A stretch of DNA of 64,000 bases from Fistulifera solaris (taxonomy: Eukaryota). Below the pieces are notes generated by a model. It was not told where the DNA came from. It did not search any database and worked only from the letters and a program-made list of their open reading frames with translations. Numbering within the stretch: the first letter of the stretch is position 1; every line of letters begins with the position of its first letter. Shown one piece after another: positions 47,701 through 58,482 of this stretch. The stretch spans positions 372,001-436,000 of the forward strand of contig AP026172.1 in the NCBI GenBank assembly GCA_030295235.1, written 5' to 3'. The translations under genes were made by a program, and so were the position numbers.

Positions 47701-49499
47701 TGTGCAAAACTCACGAGTGTCGGAATAAATTGAGCAAGCTCACGGGTCGCCTCGCACGAAGACACGCCGCAAGCCAGCAGGCTTTCAGCGTGCTGTCGAA
47801 CAATAAGGTCGATGTGACTTTCCGCTTCTTGTTGTGTAAAGTGTTGATGTTTGAGAACTTCTTCAAACAGCTGATGGCGCATTGTACCGAACAAAGGAGC
47901 CTTGTCTTCAATCGCGATGAGTGAGTGTCAAAACAAAGCATGCGTGCTTTAACAGCCATACTGCTGCTTACCTGAAATACCGGTAGAGCCTAATCGATCT
48001 TTCAATACTGCGCGGCGGGTACAGGCCACAGCTTCGCTGATCGTAGTAGGGGTCAGCAGCAAATCAGGATGAAGGACTACGACCATGTCGTCGAGTACGT
48101 CCATGGTGGATAGTGTTAGAGGAAGTGCTGACACATCCGTCCTGCGGTTCCCTGTCAGTGAACAAACATGGATGACATCTCCAGCTGCCACATCGGATTG
48201 GTACCATTCACCTTTCAAGAAAATCAGTCCGTCTGCTGGCCAGAGTGGCTCATCACGAACTCTGAATAAGCCGTCGGAATCAGCTTTGTGTGCTTGTCTC
48301 GAATTCCAGTGGAGCATTTCTTCTTTCCAAGCTGCGACAGAGAGTATTAATGTAAAATCTCCTCTCGCCTGATCTCTGGACACATTTATGACTTTGTAGC
48401 GAGAAAAGACCACGAATCCAGGATTTTGAGGCTTCACATTCATCGTTAAAGCCTGGTTCTTGGCAAGAATCTCCATGTCATGCTGCAACGCGTCCATGGC
48501 ATTGTCGGGCTGCGATTGAGCTTGCATTATAAAGTCATCCATGGCATCGAAATCGATATCAGGAAATTCTCCAAACAGATCTGTGTCCTGTTGGGGCGAA
48601 CTGGATGTGTTATTGCCAGGTGTAGCAGCTGCTTGTGGAGCAGGCATGTGACTTGACTGAGGTTCGTCGCTTGACTTGTTTGAAGGCAGCATATTCGTAG
48701 CAGTAGTCTGACCGGTTGGGACTGAGACGTTTGGACGTTGTACATTTTGAAGATAGGTATTTGCAACAGCAATAGCGGGCGAAACTCGTGAATCGACAAG
48801 TTTAGCGGTCTTGTCACTTTGTTGTGACAATGTGTCTTTGCTCACACAAAAGGAAGCCGATTGTGTGGCCTTGGATACCAGGGAATCGATTGCCTCGATA
48901 TCATCTACACTGAAGTTAAACTCATCAAACGCGTCGAAGTTATCTTCTGCTGTAGCGCTTGGGCTTTGATACGATGTTATGACTTCTGAGGAGGGATTAT
49001 TCGAAGGAACGTTGGAGCTTTCTGGAGACGGTGTCTTAATTTGTTTCAGTATGTCGTCAAAGTCAGAGGTTCCGCTGACAGCGAGCGGTGTGCTTTTACA
49101 AGAATTACCCTTATTTTGAAGGCGCGGGGTAAAAATGTTATTGAAATTCTTTTCTTTCAGCTTTGCCATTATCGAAACTTCGCGACGCTGTCGTTTTCGG
49201 CTCTTGACGATGCCCGGAAAATGTGCGGTCGTATCCTTCAAGATACTGATTTGAGAAACCAGATTTGGGTTCTTTTCAATGGGTAGCAACGGTCGCCGAA
49301 CATCTCCCGGAGGACTTTCATCTAACAGCGGGTCAGGCGAGTCAAACTCCGCGACACGTCGGACTGTCTTACTTTCGTTCCATTGAATGGTGTCTTCCTC
49401 CTGCGTGTGCGCGTATCCGGACACAGTTTTCAAATCTCTCTTTCCGATAGGTGTTGTTTCATCTATTTGAGATTCTTTTATGGGACTGCTTCGATTCAT
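44731..49499 (-). CDS. DNA2: DNA2 nuclease/helicase (multi-exon)
   Basis: [27 protein letters not shown], Fe-S cysteines [10 protein letters not shown], helicase motifs [27 protein letters not shown] and [10 protein letters not shown]. Introns plus frameshifts; the N-terminus may extend further upstream. Confidence 0.93.
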
Positions 49500-50170
49500 T
49501 ATTCAGGTAATCAGAAGACCATCATCCTTTCCATCGGATCGATCCCTCGTGCCATTCCAGTTAAAATGAGGCAATAACCGATACCCGATACCCACCATAA
49601 TGTTCCCCACAAAGGGCACCGTTTGAATGATCGTACGTGGGAACTGGTATATTTTGTACGAGGAAAAGTCGTCGCTTCGGCTGGCGCGCGTCACAACGCA
49701 GGTCGATGAGGGTCGAGAGCCTACATACAAAAGTACTTGTACGGGGTGGTAGACGGACCCCGGGCCTATGAAGCTTTCTGGGCAAGGGGCTAGCGGGGTG
49801 AAACTTCTTGCATCCTTAGTAAGCAACCCCGAAAAAGTCTATTCTGTTCGTTTGATCACATCACGCCATACGATGAAGATTTTGGCTTGATGCAATGAAT
49901 TGTTGTTGTTGTTCATGGTCCTTTGGAATGAAGTACGCGTAAACAACGTTTCTTTTAGGTTTTTTAACAAACCGCCGATGTTGATTTTCCGATTCAAGTT
50001 TCATCCAGTCCCGGAAAATGTCAACAAGTGCGCGCGCCTATTTCTCGCCATCACATTTATTTTTCGAGTGCAGCATAGCGAATCTCATGGATACTGCATA
50101 TGTATATGCGAGCTTTTGAAGAACAAACCAACGGTACCCTGAAATCACAAAATCAGTCACCTTAGCGAGA

Positions 50171-51142
50171 ATGTTTTCTTGGTCACCAGTCGTTGTTTCC
50201 CGTGTTCTTCTCTTCGCATGTCTCCACATTTATTTGACCCACAGCTTTACTGCATCATCGCGCTCCGCCTTTCCGCCTTTGAGAAACTCCGTTCGAACTT
50301 TTGCAACTGCTCATGAAGTAGCCGTTCAGATTGAAGGAAACATTACCATACTTGCCAAAAGTGATGATTATCTTGTGGTGGATAAGCCGCCTTCGGTAGT
50401 GTGTCATCATTCCGACTGGACGGGGTCGCGAAGTCAGCAAGAAATCCCCATGCTGCAACGAGTTCGTCAGGCCGTGGGATCACGTATCAACCTCGTTCAT
50501 CGACTGGATCGTGGCTGCAGTGGCTGCTTGCTCGTGACGTACCAAAAAGACGGTAAGACCGCCACTTTGAGCCAAGCCATGGCGGAGAATGCGACCAAAA
50601 CGTACATTGCAATAGTCAGAGGAGAAGGTATTTTACGCGGCGAAGATTTAAAAGAGAAAGGGTGGTTTCTAGTTGACAGGCCTATCAAGAATGAACGAGG
50701 CGTTCTACACGAAGCCAGCACTTGGTTTCGCTTTGTAGCTGGGCAACCTGAAGTTGATGGCCAGCCTCGGGCCTCTCTAGTACTAGCAAGACCAATGACG
50801 GGGCGTTGGCATCAGATACGAAGGCATTTGAATGGTTTATCTCATCCGATTCTAGGTGATAGTTCTCACGGGAATAGCAAGGTGAATCAAGAATGGAGGG
50901 CGCAACGCGGTATGCTCCCTGAACGAACCTGTCTCCACTTGGCCAGATTGCAGCTTTCCACTGAGAGTTTCCAGATTGACGCTCGATCGAATTTAGCACC
51001 GGATATGCTAACGCTATTGCAAGTTCATCTCCCGGCAGTCTTAGAAGAAGCATTGCCGATTTTGCACGAAGAGGGCATAACACTTGTGGACAACGATCGG
51101 GATGTTGAAATTCTATCTTACAGCTTTGCAGATGAATCATAG
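50171..51142 (+). CDS. RluA/TruC-family RNA pseudouridine synthase with N-terminal targeting peptide
   Basis: VVDKPP, catalytic VHRLDRGCSG, KTYIAIVRG, TGRWHQIRRH and HPILGD..HG. Confidence 0.92.
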   Translation: MFSWSPVVVSRVLLFACLHIYLTHSFTASSRSAFPPLRNSVRTFATAHEVAVQIEGNITILAKSDDYLVVDKPPSVVCHHSDWTGSRSQQEIPMLQRVRQAVGSRINLVHRLDRGCSGCLLVTYQKDGKTATLSQAMAENATKTYIAIVRGEGILRGEDLKEKGWFLVDRPIKNERGVLHEASTWFRFVAGQPEVDGQPRASLVLARPMTGRWHQIRRHLNGLSHPILGDSSHGNSKVNQEWRAQRGMLPERTCLHLARLQLSTESFQIDARSNLAPDMLTLLQVHLPAVLEEALPILHEEGITLVDNDRDVEILSYSFADES

Positions 51143-51286
51143 CCAGATGATATTTAAATATGGCGAAAAGAATCTCCAAATTGTGAAGAAGTCGTAATTG
51201 AACTGTATTTATGAATTCTTTATGCGGTCGCATTTATACATCTTTCGTGACAACCACTAAGGAAAGCCACAAGAACGCCACACATG

Positions 51287-52034
51287 CTAAGAATATTTCC
51301 GTTTGTCCAAACAAAAGAAGGCCAAACCCGCAACAATCGCGTACTTGAGAATGATGCATTGTTCCAAAAGTAAATCAAACGCTTCGGTATTGACGGTTTT
51401 TCCGTCACGCGTGGCATCGATCGCTTTGTTTAACTCGGCATTTTGAAGTTGCAGAACCATGTTTTGATCTTGCGCATCTTGCAGATCCTTGAAAAGAGCT
51501 TCCATGAGGTCATCCGAGGCTTCCAACTTATTCGTAAGAAACTCAACTCGATGTTCCGCGTCTTCTAGCAAACCAGCAGTACTGCAGGATTTATCGGAAA
51601 TACATTTTACTAGGACAAGAACTTCATCGACTGGAAGGAACGTTGACAGTATGTGTCGTGGGCTGTGTGTTGTTGACAGCTTGATGGGAAACTTCGTTGA
51701 CTGTCTTGGAGCGGGATGATGATGTATCCGTAGAACCAACGTGAGTCCCCGAATGATAGGACAAGACTTTGTTCCCGATTTGCAAAGGTTGGTTTTCTAA
51801 GGAAACAGCGTCCCTGCGTCTTGTCCGGATGACATTGATTCTGCTTTGTGTTTTTGAAATTTCTCGTTGCAGATTTACTAGTAAACTACCATGGTCCACG
51901 CGTTTCGGCGAGCTTGGCGAAAGTATTGTTTCTTGGTTTTCGCTGGTCGGAGCACTGCCTAGCTTCTGCTCGCTAACAGCCGGAAGGTGCACGGTGATCA
52001 GTTCACCGTTCATTGGTTCCGTGGAGCGGCCCAT
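51287..52034 (-). CDS. Hypothetical coiled-coil protein
   Basis: Two overlapping ORFs (51624..52133 and 51287..51739) with heptad-like segments and a hydrophobic C-terminus; gene structure uncertain. Confidence 0.4.
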
Positions 52035-52774
52035 TTCACGGAAATGTTGGCTATTCCAGGACGAATCTGTAACGGCTCGTTCAAGTTTCCTAGAGATCAC
52101 GGGGGTTAGAGTCACAAATCGGCGTGAAGTCAACTAGAAACAGCAGGCGGAGTTTAATTATTAGACGGACAAAGCCCGGGATACAGTTTTGAATACTACA
52201 TATGTTGGAAGAATCTAAAGAATCCAAACAGGATGAACACAACGGACTTGACTGAGGCAAGATCGATGGTTGTCCTCTTTCTTCGAACGAAACGAGTAAT
52301 TTATACTCACAATATTTGTCGTTGCTTCTCCACAAACTTTGGTGATGTTCTAAAAGCGTTCAGACTCGTTGGATATCAGCGAAATTGCTCTGCTTTTTAT
52401 TTTTGTCGTCGCGTTCCGTTTGTGCTTTATTCATGTATTGTTTTGGATGATGGTTGGAGGACGAGATGACTTTTGATAAAATTTGGCGGGCTCCTTTGCC
52501 GTACGTTTGACCAGTGTCATTATTTTGTAGATCGTGGAGTGAGAAACCGTTCTTGTTCTGATAAAGCTAGTACAATTTCTTAGTCAGTCAAACGGAAATA
52601 AGAATGACTACGTTAAGTTCGTGAATCAAAGCGCTCGATGATGATTCACGAGCACGATCATTATTATTATTATTTCGTCGCTTTCGTATGTTGAAAGGTA
52701 ACCGGTGTTACCTGATACTCCGGAGTAAATAAATACTGCAATCGTTCTTTAACGCATTACTCTTCACAAATAGG

Positions 52775-53833
52775 ATGTCACTGTCTACCAAATCACTTTC
52801 CCGAGTCGTCGTCGTCGTCGCCGCCACGCGAAAGCGCAGTCTCTCTACTCGTGAAGCAGCCTCCGTCACGTACGCCTTTGATCGATCCTTCAAGCAATTG
52901 CAACGCGACAACGCCGCCCGTGCCACCCAAAAATGGAGCCACGACGCAGTATCGTACGACTACTTACGCGATGAAATAGCCCGACGACTGGTCGATCGAC
53001 TCGATGATATTCGGAGGGACGAAGGATTTTCCCTCGCGTTGGATTTGGGTTCTGGACCGGGCTACGTGCACCGGGCTATTTGTGCGGACGATTCTCTGCA
53101 GGGCGAAGGAGGAATTGGAGGTGTTCGGAAGCTCGTACAAGTCGATTCGAGTGCGGAAATGTTGCATCGAGATGTTGATATGGATTTCGAAGGGAGCCAT
53201 CGCTGTGACACGTATCGACTTCATGCCGACGAAGAATCAAAACTGCCATTTCCGGACGGTACATTTGACTTGGTCATCAGCTCAGCGTCATTACATTGGA
53301 TCAACGATCTCCCTTCTACCTTTGCTGAAGTACGACGAGTCCTGAAGCCGGATGGATGTTTTATGTTTTCGATTATTGGTGGTACAACACTCTCAGAGCT
53401 ACGTGCTGCCATGGTCTTGGCAGAACTGGAAAGGGATGGTGGAGTGAGTACGCATGTGGGACCGTTTGTCGAATTATCGGACGTAGGAGCTCTGCTCCAG
53501 CGTGCCGGATTCGCGCTGCCAACCATCGATACCGATACGATTCATGTTGGTTTTCCAAACGCTGGGGTACTTATGGAACATTTGCAACGGATGGGCGAAA
53601 ATAACGCGGGGATTAAGCGACGAGACCGTACGTCACTGGATACATTTCTCGCTACGGCATGTCTCTATGATGAACTCTTTTCAGTGGAAGGTAGCGATGA
53701 TATCGAAGCGAGTGTGCAGGTGATTTACGCTATCGGTTGGACTCCCCACGAATCTCAGCAACGCCCGTTGGAAAGAGGCACGGCTACACACAAAATGGCG
53801 GATATGGTTGAAGTAACAAAAGCGATTACGTAA
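52775..53833 (+). CDS. NDUFAF5: Complex I assembly factor NDUFAF5 (methyltransferase fold)
   Basis: FDR..K.LQRD.AA, YDYLRDEIA.RLVDRL, LHWINDLP, LAELERDGGVSTHVGP, LQRMGENNA and IYAIGW.PH.SQ.RP..RG. Confidence 0.93.
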   Translation: MSLSTKSLSRVVVVVAATRKRSLSTREAASVTYAFDRSFKQLQRDNAARATQKWSHDAVSYDYLRDEIARRLVDRLDDIRRDEGFSLALDLGSGPGYVHRAICADDSLQGEGGIGGVRKLVQVDSSAEMLHRDVDMDFEGSHRCDTYRLHADEESKLPFPDGTFDLVISSASLHWINDLPSTFAEVRRVLKPDGCFMFSIIGGTTLSELRAAMVLAELERDGGVSTHVGPFVELSDVGALLQRAGFALPTIDTDTIHVGFPNAGVLMEHLQRMGENNAGIKRRDRTSLDTFLATACLYDELFSVEGSDDIEASVQVIYAIGWTPHESQQRPLERGTATHKMADMVEVTKAIT

Positions 53834-53933
53834 CACAAAGTTATAGTTAGAGCGATGTAGACGTATTGTTACTTCACTAAATAATTCAATTGTATCCTAC
53901 AGCAATACTATTTCCTTTAGAGCAAACAGCAAC

Positions 53934-55733
53934 TTATCGTGAATTCACAGATCCGCCGTCCGCAATATGGTAGTTGGAGCGGATAATAGTCCAAGTCAAA
54001 AAGCTTTCCGTGTCTTTGGAATGATTTTGAATGCGGTAACAGTTACCAGGTGGCACACGGAAGATATCCCCGGGGTTCAGTAGAAACCTTGAGGCAGATT
54101 CGTGCTCCCATTCGCCTTCGTTGACATCGGGGTCGCCATAAGAGATCTCGAGGGCATTCTTCTGTCCTGTAACGACAGTAAATGTCTGTGCACAAGCGCC
54201 AACCGACTCAGGGTCCTTGATACCTCCTGGTGGAAGGGTCAGATTCCCCATAATATAGCTTGGGTATACAGGATTACTATCTGTGGAAACATTGAAAGCT
54301 TGAGATGCAACACCGACAACTTTGCCATCCGACTTGTGACGTCGCTGCATCGGTAGTTTTCTGGCTACCATGCGATCTTTATAACCCACAACAGCTAGGA
54401 AGAGCAGAATAGCCGAAAATGTGAGAGTCAATGTTACGCGATTGTGACATGTTCAGCCCCAAGTCAACTTACCCAAGTCGTCTGCTCGTTCGTAGCAGTC
54501 GTCCCAGACGTATGCAGTGTCACTGTCAATGTATTTGTACTTCTTTTTCAATTTGGAGCTGTCAAACTCAGCTTCAGCTGGAATTGATGCTTTCGAAGAT
54601 ACGGATTTTTTAGTCTTTGTATTCTGCTCTTGATGATTTAAATCAGGGACTTTTTCTCTTCTTGTAAGGAGTCTTTTCCGCGATACGGTAAGCTTTAACC
54701 ACTGGCATCGTCTCCAATCCGTCAATGAGATCATCGTCAAAGTCATTCGGTACATAATCCGCGCCCTCGTTCTTCCAGAATGCCAATGGCGCGATACGCA
54801 TGCGTTTCGATCGACGAAGACCTTCCGCGGGCTCATCTTTCGGGTCCGTTACGGGCACTACATGCTTGTAAGTCAACGGACCTGATTGCATACCTTTCGG
54901 AGAAAATGTGCGGTTCTTAAGCTTCTTCTTCTGTTTCCTTTGAAACTCATTTACATCAGTTGTATCGTCGGACGTGGATTTATGTTTCTTTTTTCTCTTC
55001 TTCTTCTTTTCTTCGGATACTTCCCTGGAAGATAGCATTGGTGTTTGATGATCATCATCACCAATTTGGAAACCAACTCCATCGTCTTCGTCGTCGGTAT
55101 CATCTAGAGCCGGTGTGGTTGCTGGCAATTGACCGGGTGTCTTATCGACGGGAGCGGGAGAAAGAGCCGGAGTTTTGGGACTGAGAAAGTCTGGATTTTC
55201 ATCCTCCGTGTCAGAATTGTCGTCTGGCGCCGGTGGGATCATGTCATCGTCCATATCATCTTGCGTGATCGGAAGATCGGCAATTTCTTCCCCAATCTTT
55301 GCTTTGAGAAGCGGGGAAAAGTCGTCCTCGCCTCCGTGTTCCTGAAGGTTACGCCCGATTTCTTCATCATCAAACTGCGCTACAGTCGAGCGATCGAGAG
55401 AAGGCGGGGCAGTCGATACCTTACTGAGTTCTGACGGGCTGAGTGATTGTCGTGTAGCGCGTTGGAGACCAGAAACGAGTCGCGTCACATCGCCTCCATT
55501 CTCTGTGCTATTTTTGCTTGAATCGTCGGGCCCTAAGGAAAAGCGCAACTGCTTCTTTTCCGAGTACTCCGTTCCACTGTATATTGCACTGAATCTGCTT
55601 CGCCGTCTTGAGTTGCCGGCGGGGAGGTTGCCCCAGCGAACACATTGTCCAGGTCATCGTTATTTGACTCTGGGATCTGGATTCCGGTTCGCTTTCCGCG
55701 CAGACTCCTCTGTTTTCCTGCTGCTGTCGCCAT
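53934..55733 (-). CDS. CENPC: Centromere protein C (Mif2/CENP-C)
   Basis: CENP-C motif GLRRSKRMRIAPLAFWKNE and a C-terminal cupin (G.LTLPPGG.K, GDIFRVPPGN.Y.IQN). Intron near 54395-54472 and frameshifts near 55555 and 54650. Confidence 0.85.
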
Positions 55734-56385
55734 CTTCTTTGATTAAAATCCTTCTGTCGACAAATAAAATGAATGATTGATCGACTTCAAGCAATCTGCG
55801 AAAGCTTGCAGTTGCTGTGTTCTGTTTTGCTGTTCTCCTGCGATGATCGCGTTGCCGTCGAAAGACGTTGGCGTGCAGGTGCGGCCGCCACTGTGATGAA
55901 ACATGTGACAACCGGTATTTCATGAGAAATTTACTTAGACAGTTTTTCAAATATTCCTCATGAAGTCGAACGAGTTTCTAAACACAGATTTTCCTCTTTT
56001 CATATTGAGCCATACTCTATACGAAACATGCGCTGCATGGGAATCCTTAACCTTACCGTCATTACGATACGCACTTACGATTACGATGGAGCTAAGAGTT
56101 ATACAAGGTACCAGGTACGGAGTAATCAACACGGAACAAAAAAGAAGGAAAGGGTCTAGGTCTACGATCTAGGGAGATTTGCCTATGATTACTTTGCTTA
56201 TCTTTTCTTGTTTTGGAGTAGTTTGATCTCAGGATGATTGGCTTTTCTAGCGCCGGAAATCATTTGCGATTAGACGCCCTGTACTAGAAGATAGACAAGT
56301 ATCTTTCGTCAAACAACGATGAATGCGACAAGTTTACACGTGATAGTCATATCCCCTCAATATTTCCTATCATTAATTATAATGA

Positions 56386-57155
56386 CTATCTTCTTCTTTG
56401 ATGTTTCTGTCGCAGTTTCGTTACAGTCTTCAAACGACTTTCTTGTCGACGACCTTCGTCGCCCATGGCCACAAAATGCTTGGGATTCAGTAATGCCTGT
56501 AATAGACGGTCTGGGTGCGGTATGTTAGAGCTATCTCGGAAATCTAACATTAATGGAGGCCACGATATTTTCGGATGTCGAATTGGGAGATAGCCCCGAT
56601 AACTTGACAACTGATCCGCATAATCCGCCAATACCTCTTTGGCTTCCGGGGAAGAAGGATTCAACAGACTCGCCATACTGCTTGCCACAGGAACGATCGC
56701 GGCCGGTTTCGTGGCTGGCAGCACCCCCAGAAGGGTATGCGTATAAATGCGAAATTGCGCCGGCTGTTCCTCAGTGGCCGGTCGAAAGGTCAAACGCGAC
56801 ACCAATCGTTTGGGCCAGGCAAAAAGATCAATTGCAAACCGGTTGCAAAGATCGTACCGGTCACACCCAACATCGGGTCGACGTACAACTCGGGAATGTT
56901 GGCCGCATTGACCGCGGGCACAAAATCCGTCGTGTACCAGATCCAATACGCGGTATGAAAGCTGGAGAAACCCAAACCCGTCCGAATGAGAGCGAATTGT
57001 TCATTGCCGCGCTCAAATAATGGTTCTTCGTCGTTTCTTGGAGAAGAAGATGAAACGGAACGACACGTCGAAAGGACAGAAGCGGGAGATGATGTATGAA
57101 ATGTAGGGAAAGTCAGCTGACAGCGAAGCAAACGTGAACCTAAAGCCCTTAACAT
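56386..57155 (-). CDS. Hypothetical mitochondrial-type membrane protein (TMEM70/186/223-like)
   Basis: Transit-peptide-like N-terminus (MLRALGSRLLR...) and two TM segments. Frameshift near 56820. Confidence 0.5.
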
Positions 57156-57615
57156 GATTGCGAGCGTCAGTTCAGATAATTCATGCAGTCAATTAGTCTC
57201 TTACTACAGGTATTGCAAGATAACAACGAATGATCATGATGAAAACAAGAAACACGCATGCTTTTCATATTATTTATTACCCCAGAGTACGGAGTACGTA
57301 GTATTATTTTTTCGCCTGTCAGTATTTTCTTTCCAGTAGAGTTAGGATTATCGGTTTTTGTCGTCCGTCGAGTAGCGAGTAGTGCGACCACCCGAACGGA
57401 TCGATCTGGGGCAATTTCTACGGAAACTCTGGTACATTTTCTACAGAGCCTGCGAACTGCGGCGCTTCAAGACCAATAAGCATACAAAGTAGTCACACGC
57501 AGACTTTATGAAGGCCGCGTTTTCAGCGTCCGAGCAAAAAGGGAGTTTGCGTCGCAAAAGAAAACGGATCCAATCGCATTGCTTGTAATTGCATTTTCAC
57601 GTCCAAGTAATAATC

Positions 57616-58365
57616 ATGTCCGATAGCACCGATGAAGAAGAATTTACAGGTAATGTTGGTGACGAAGAATCATCCAATGACGACGCACCCTTGTCGAGTT
57701 TAGCCCGATCGGCCAAGAGATCAGCACCCAATTACAATGAAGATGATGACGACGACGACGACGAGGATGATGATGATGACGTTCCTTTATCGTCCTTGAT
57801 AAAGACCAAGAAGTCTGAAAAGAAAACAGCTGTTGTAAGGAAGAAAGAACCCGTTTCTCCGAAAAAACGCAAAGTATCAGCGACCTCTGTCCCCAAACCT
57901 CCTTCGAGCAGCAGCAGCAACAACAACAACAACAAATCGTACGAATTTGCTTCGGCGGCATTGTACGGAATGGAATCCGCGAAAGGACTGTTAATTCAAC
58001 GATTGCTTTGTCGTTGGTGGTATGCCATGACGTGGCCCGATCCCGCTCAATTACCATCGCAACCACCGGCCGGGTACGATTCCTTAGAGGGCTTTCCGGG
58101 CGTTTACGTGCGGACGTCCGGGGAAAAAGTGGGCACTTTGAAAGATGTACGGGATTTGCAAAGGGCTCCTTCTTTTCTCAATTTCGCGAAAAAGCCCGCG
58201 GAAGAATTGCAAGTGTTGTTGAAACAAGCGTTGTTGAAGCAAAAGGAGGAATTGATTCAGCGTGAGGGAAAGGGGACGGCGTTGGAGAAAGAATTAGATG
58301 CTTTGCTGAAATGGACCGAGAAAGTGAACCCAACCAAAGCCGATAAGGACGCACAAAGATACTGA
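57616..58365 (+). CDS. Conserved hypothetical protein with acidic/basic N-terminus and LLCRWWY motif
   Basis: Asp-rich DDVPLSSL repeats, NLS-like PKKRKV, then LIQRLLCRWWYAMTWP...FPGVYV. The stop may be at 58391 if there is a terminal frameshift. Confidence 0.6.
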   Translation: MSDSTDEEEFTGNVGDEESSNDDAPLSSLARSAKRSAPNYNEDDDDDDDEDDDDDVPLSSLIKTKKSEKKTAVVRKKEPVSPKKRKVSATSVPKPPSSSSSNNNNNKSYEFASAALYGMESAKGLLIQRLLCRWWYAMTWPDPAQLPSQPPAGYDSLEGFPGVYVRTSGEKVGTLKDVRDLQRAPSFLNFAKKPAEELQVLLKQALLKQKEELIQREGKGTALEKELDALLKWTEKVNPTKADKDAQRY

Positions 58366-58482
58366 AAGCACAAGGGCTTTCTCTGGATTGAAAGAATAAC
58401 TTTCTAGGATTGTCTTTCTCCTCGTTAACAAGCGGGTGTTATAAAATGTGTTTAGCTATGTGTTCTAATGACGAATGGACTC

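Noticed and set aside
49503..49835. GC-rich stretch upstream of DNA2 as an RNase P/MRP or U3 RNA
   Set aside because: GGAAAAGTC lacks a matching P4 partner and U3 boxes are not matched; more likely 5' coding sequence or UTR of DNA2.
30101..55733. Apparent cluster of genome-maintenance genes (RAD51B, RNase HII, DNA2, CENP-C, DBR1)
   Set aside because: They are interspersed with unrelated genes, with no shared orientation or motif; consistent with chance.
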